Of a stretch of DNA of 64,000 nucleotides, positions 61,788 to 64,000 are shown in pieces. Numbering within the stretch: the stretch's first letter is position 1; each line of letters starts with the position of its first letter. Under the pieces are notes generated by a model. That model made no database searches and was not told the origin of the DNA. It saw only the letters and a list, made by a program, of their open reading frames with translations. The position numbers and the translations under genes are program-made. The stretch is taken from positions 608,001-672,000 of the forward strand of contig CAXXGI010000003.1 in assembly GCA_963674695.2 (NCBI GenBank). The letters run 5' to 3'. Source of the DNA: a bacterium (GTDB lineage: Bacteria > UBA10199 > 2-02-FULL-44-16 > JAAZCA01).

Positions 61788-62228
61788 ATGACCGAGACCA
61801 CAACCACAACTGAAACCACGGCACCGGCACGCGAAAAGAAGCGGACCGAGTTCAACTCGACGGGCAAGCGCAAGACCTCCATCGCCCGCATTCGGTTGCG
61901 CCCCGGTGAAGGCGCGATCACGGTGAACGGCAAGGTGGCAAAGGAATATTTTGCGCGCCCCACGCTCGACATGCGCGTGAATCAGCCCTTCTCCGTTACG
62001 GGAACGGCCGGAAAATTCGACGTCTTCGCGAATGTCATCGGCGGTGGATGCTCCAGCCAGGCCGGCGCTGTTCGTCACGGCATTGCCCGCGCACTCATCC
62101 GGATGAATCCTGATCTGCGCAAGCCGCTCAAGACCGAGGGGCTCCTCACGCGTGACGCCCGCGAGAAGGAACGCCGCAAGGTCGGTTGCCGAAAAGCGCG
62201 TCGTCGTCCGCAGTACTCGAAGCGCTGA
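61788..62228 (+). CDS. rpsI: 30S ribosomal protein S9
   Basis: GKRKTSIAR, GGG..QAGAVRHGIARAL, LTRDAR.KER, PQYSKR. Confidence 0.98.
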   Translation: MTETTTTTETTAPAREKKRTEFNSTGKRKTSIARIRLRPGEGAITVNGKVAKEYFARPTLDMRVNQPFSVTGTAGKFDVFANVIGGGCSSQAGAVRHGIARALIRMNPDLRKPLKTEGLLTRDAREKERRKVGCRKARRRPQYSKR

Positions 62229-62252
62229 TTTGGCGATGGGATAAAAGATATC

Positions 62253-62290
62253 AAAAACGGGAAGCCGTCAGGTTTCCCGTTTTTCTTTTT
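62253..62290 (+). terminator. Intrinsic terminator after rpsI
   Basis: AAAAACGGGAAGCC-GTCA-GGTTTCCCGTTTTTCTTTTT. Confidence 0.88.
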
Positions 62291-62374
62291 CGACGCCTCT
62301 CATTTCCGATCGAGTTTTCCACAGGCAGCCAATGGGCATGTGCACTCCATTTGCATAAAAAATACCTCGGCTCC

Positions 62375-64000
<1,626 letters not shown>

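Overview
High-GC bacterial chromosome segment with Deltaproteobacteria-like gene order (lineage is inferred, not established). The core backbone on the minus strand is relA/spoT(partial)-gmk-yicC-[Trm112-FHA]-skp-skp-bamA-lolD-lolC/E x2-lysS-prfB(+1 frameshift)-lnt-ybeY-7TM-HD-phoH-yjbQ. It continues with mazG, murJ/rpsT/holA/leuS, asnB-GT2 plus a GT-C, ROK kinase, prmA-rsmE-GDPD-RDD-SLT, MerR-nifU-nifS, rplM-rpsI and pyrG(partial). Accessory material includes a HAD and an S8 protease, an M49-like pseudo-peptidase, an MNT antitoxin with a deleted HEPN toxin, a FIST-PAS pair, and giant FN3 and RCC1 surface proteins, each behind a sigma54-like promoter. Most notable: (1) a head-to-head pair of four-helix-bundle genes around a perfect 32-bp palindrome, with patchwork nucleotide identity and flanking short-period repeats; (2) a Cys4 MerR-family gene with a SoxR-like operator heading nifU-nifS; (3) LPS-pathway genes missing from three loci where they normally sit; (4) several families of REP-like and inverted 6/7/8-mer arrays, some with nested mini-insertions. 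No rRNA, tRNA, CRISPR array, transposase, integrase or reverse transcriptase was recognised. Family assignments are from motif recognition, with no database searches.
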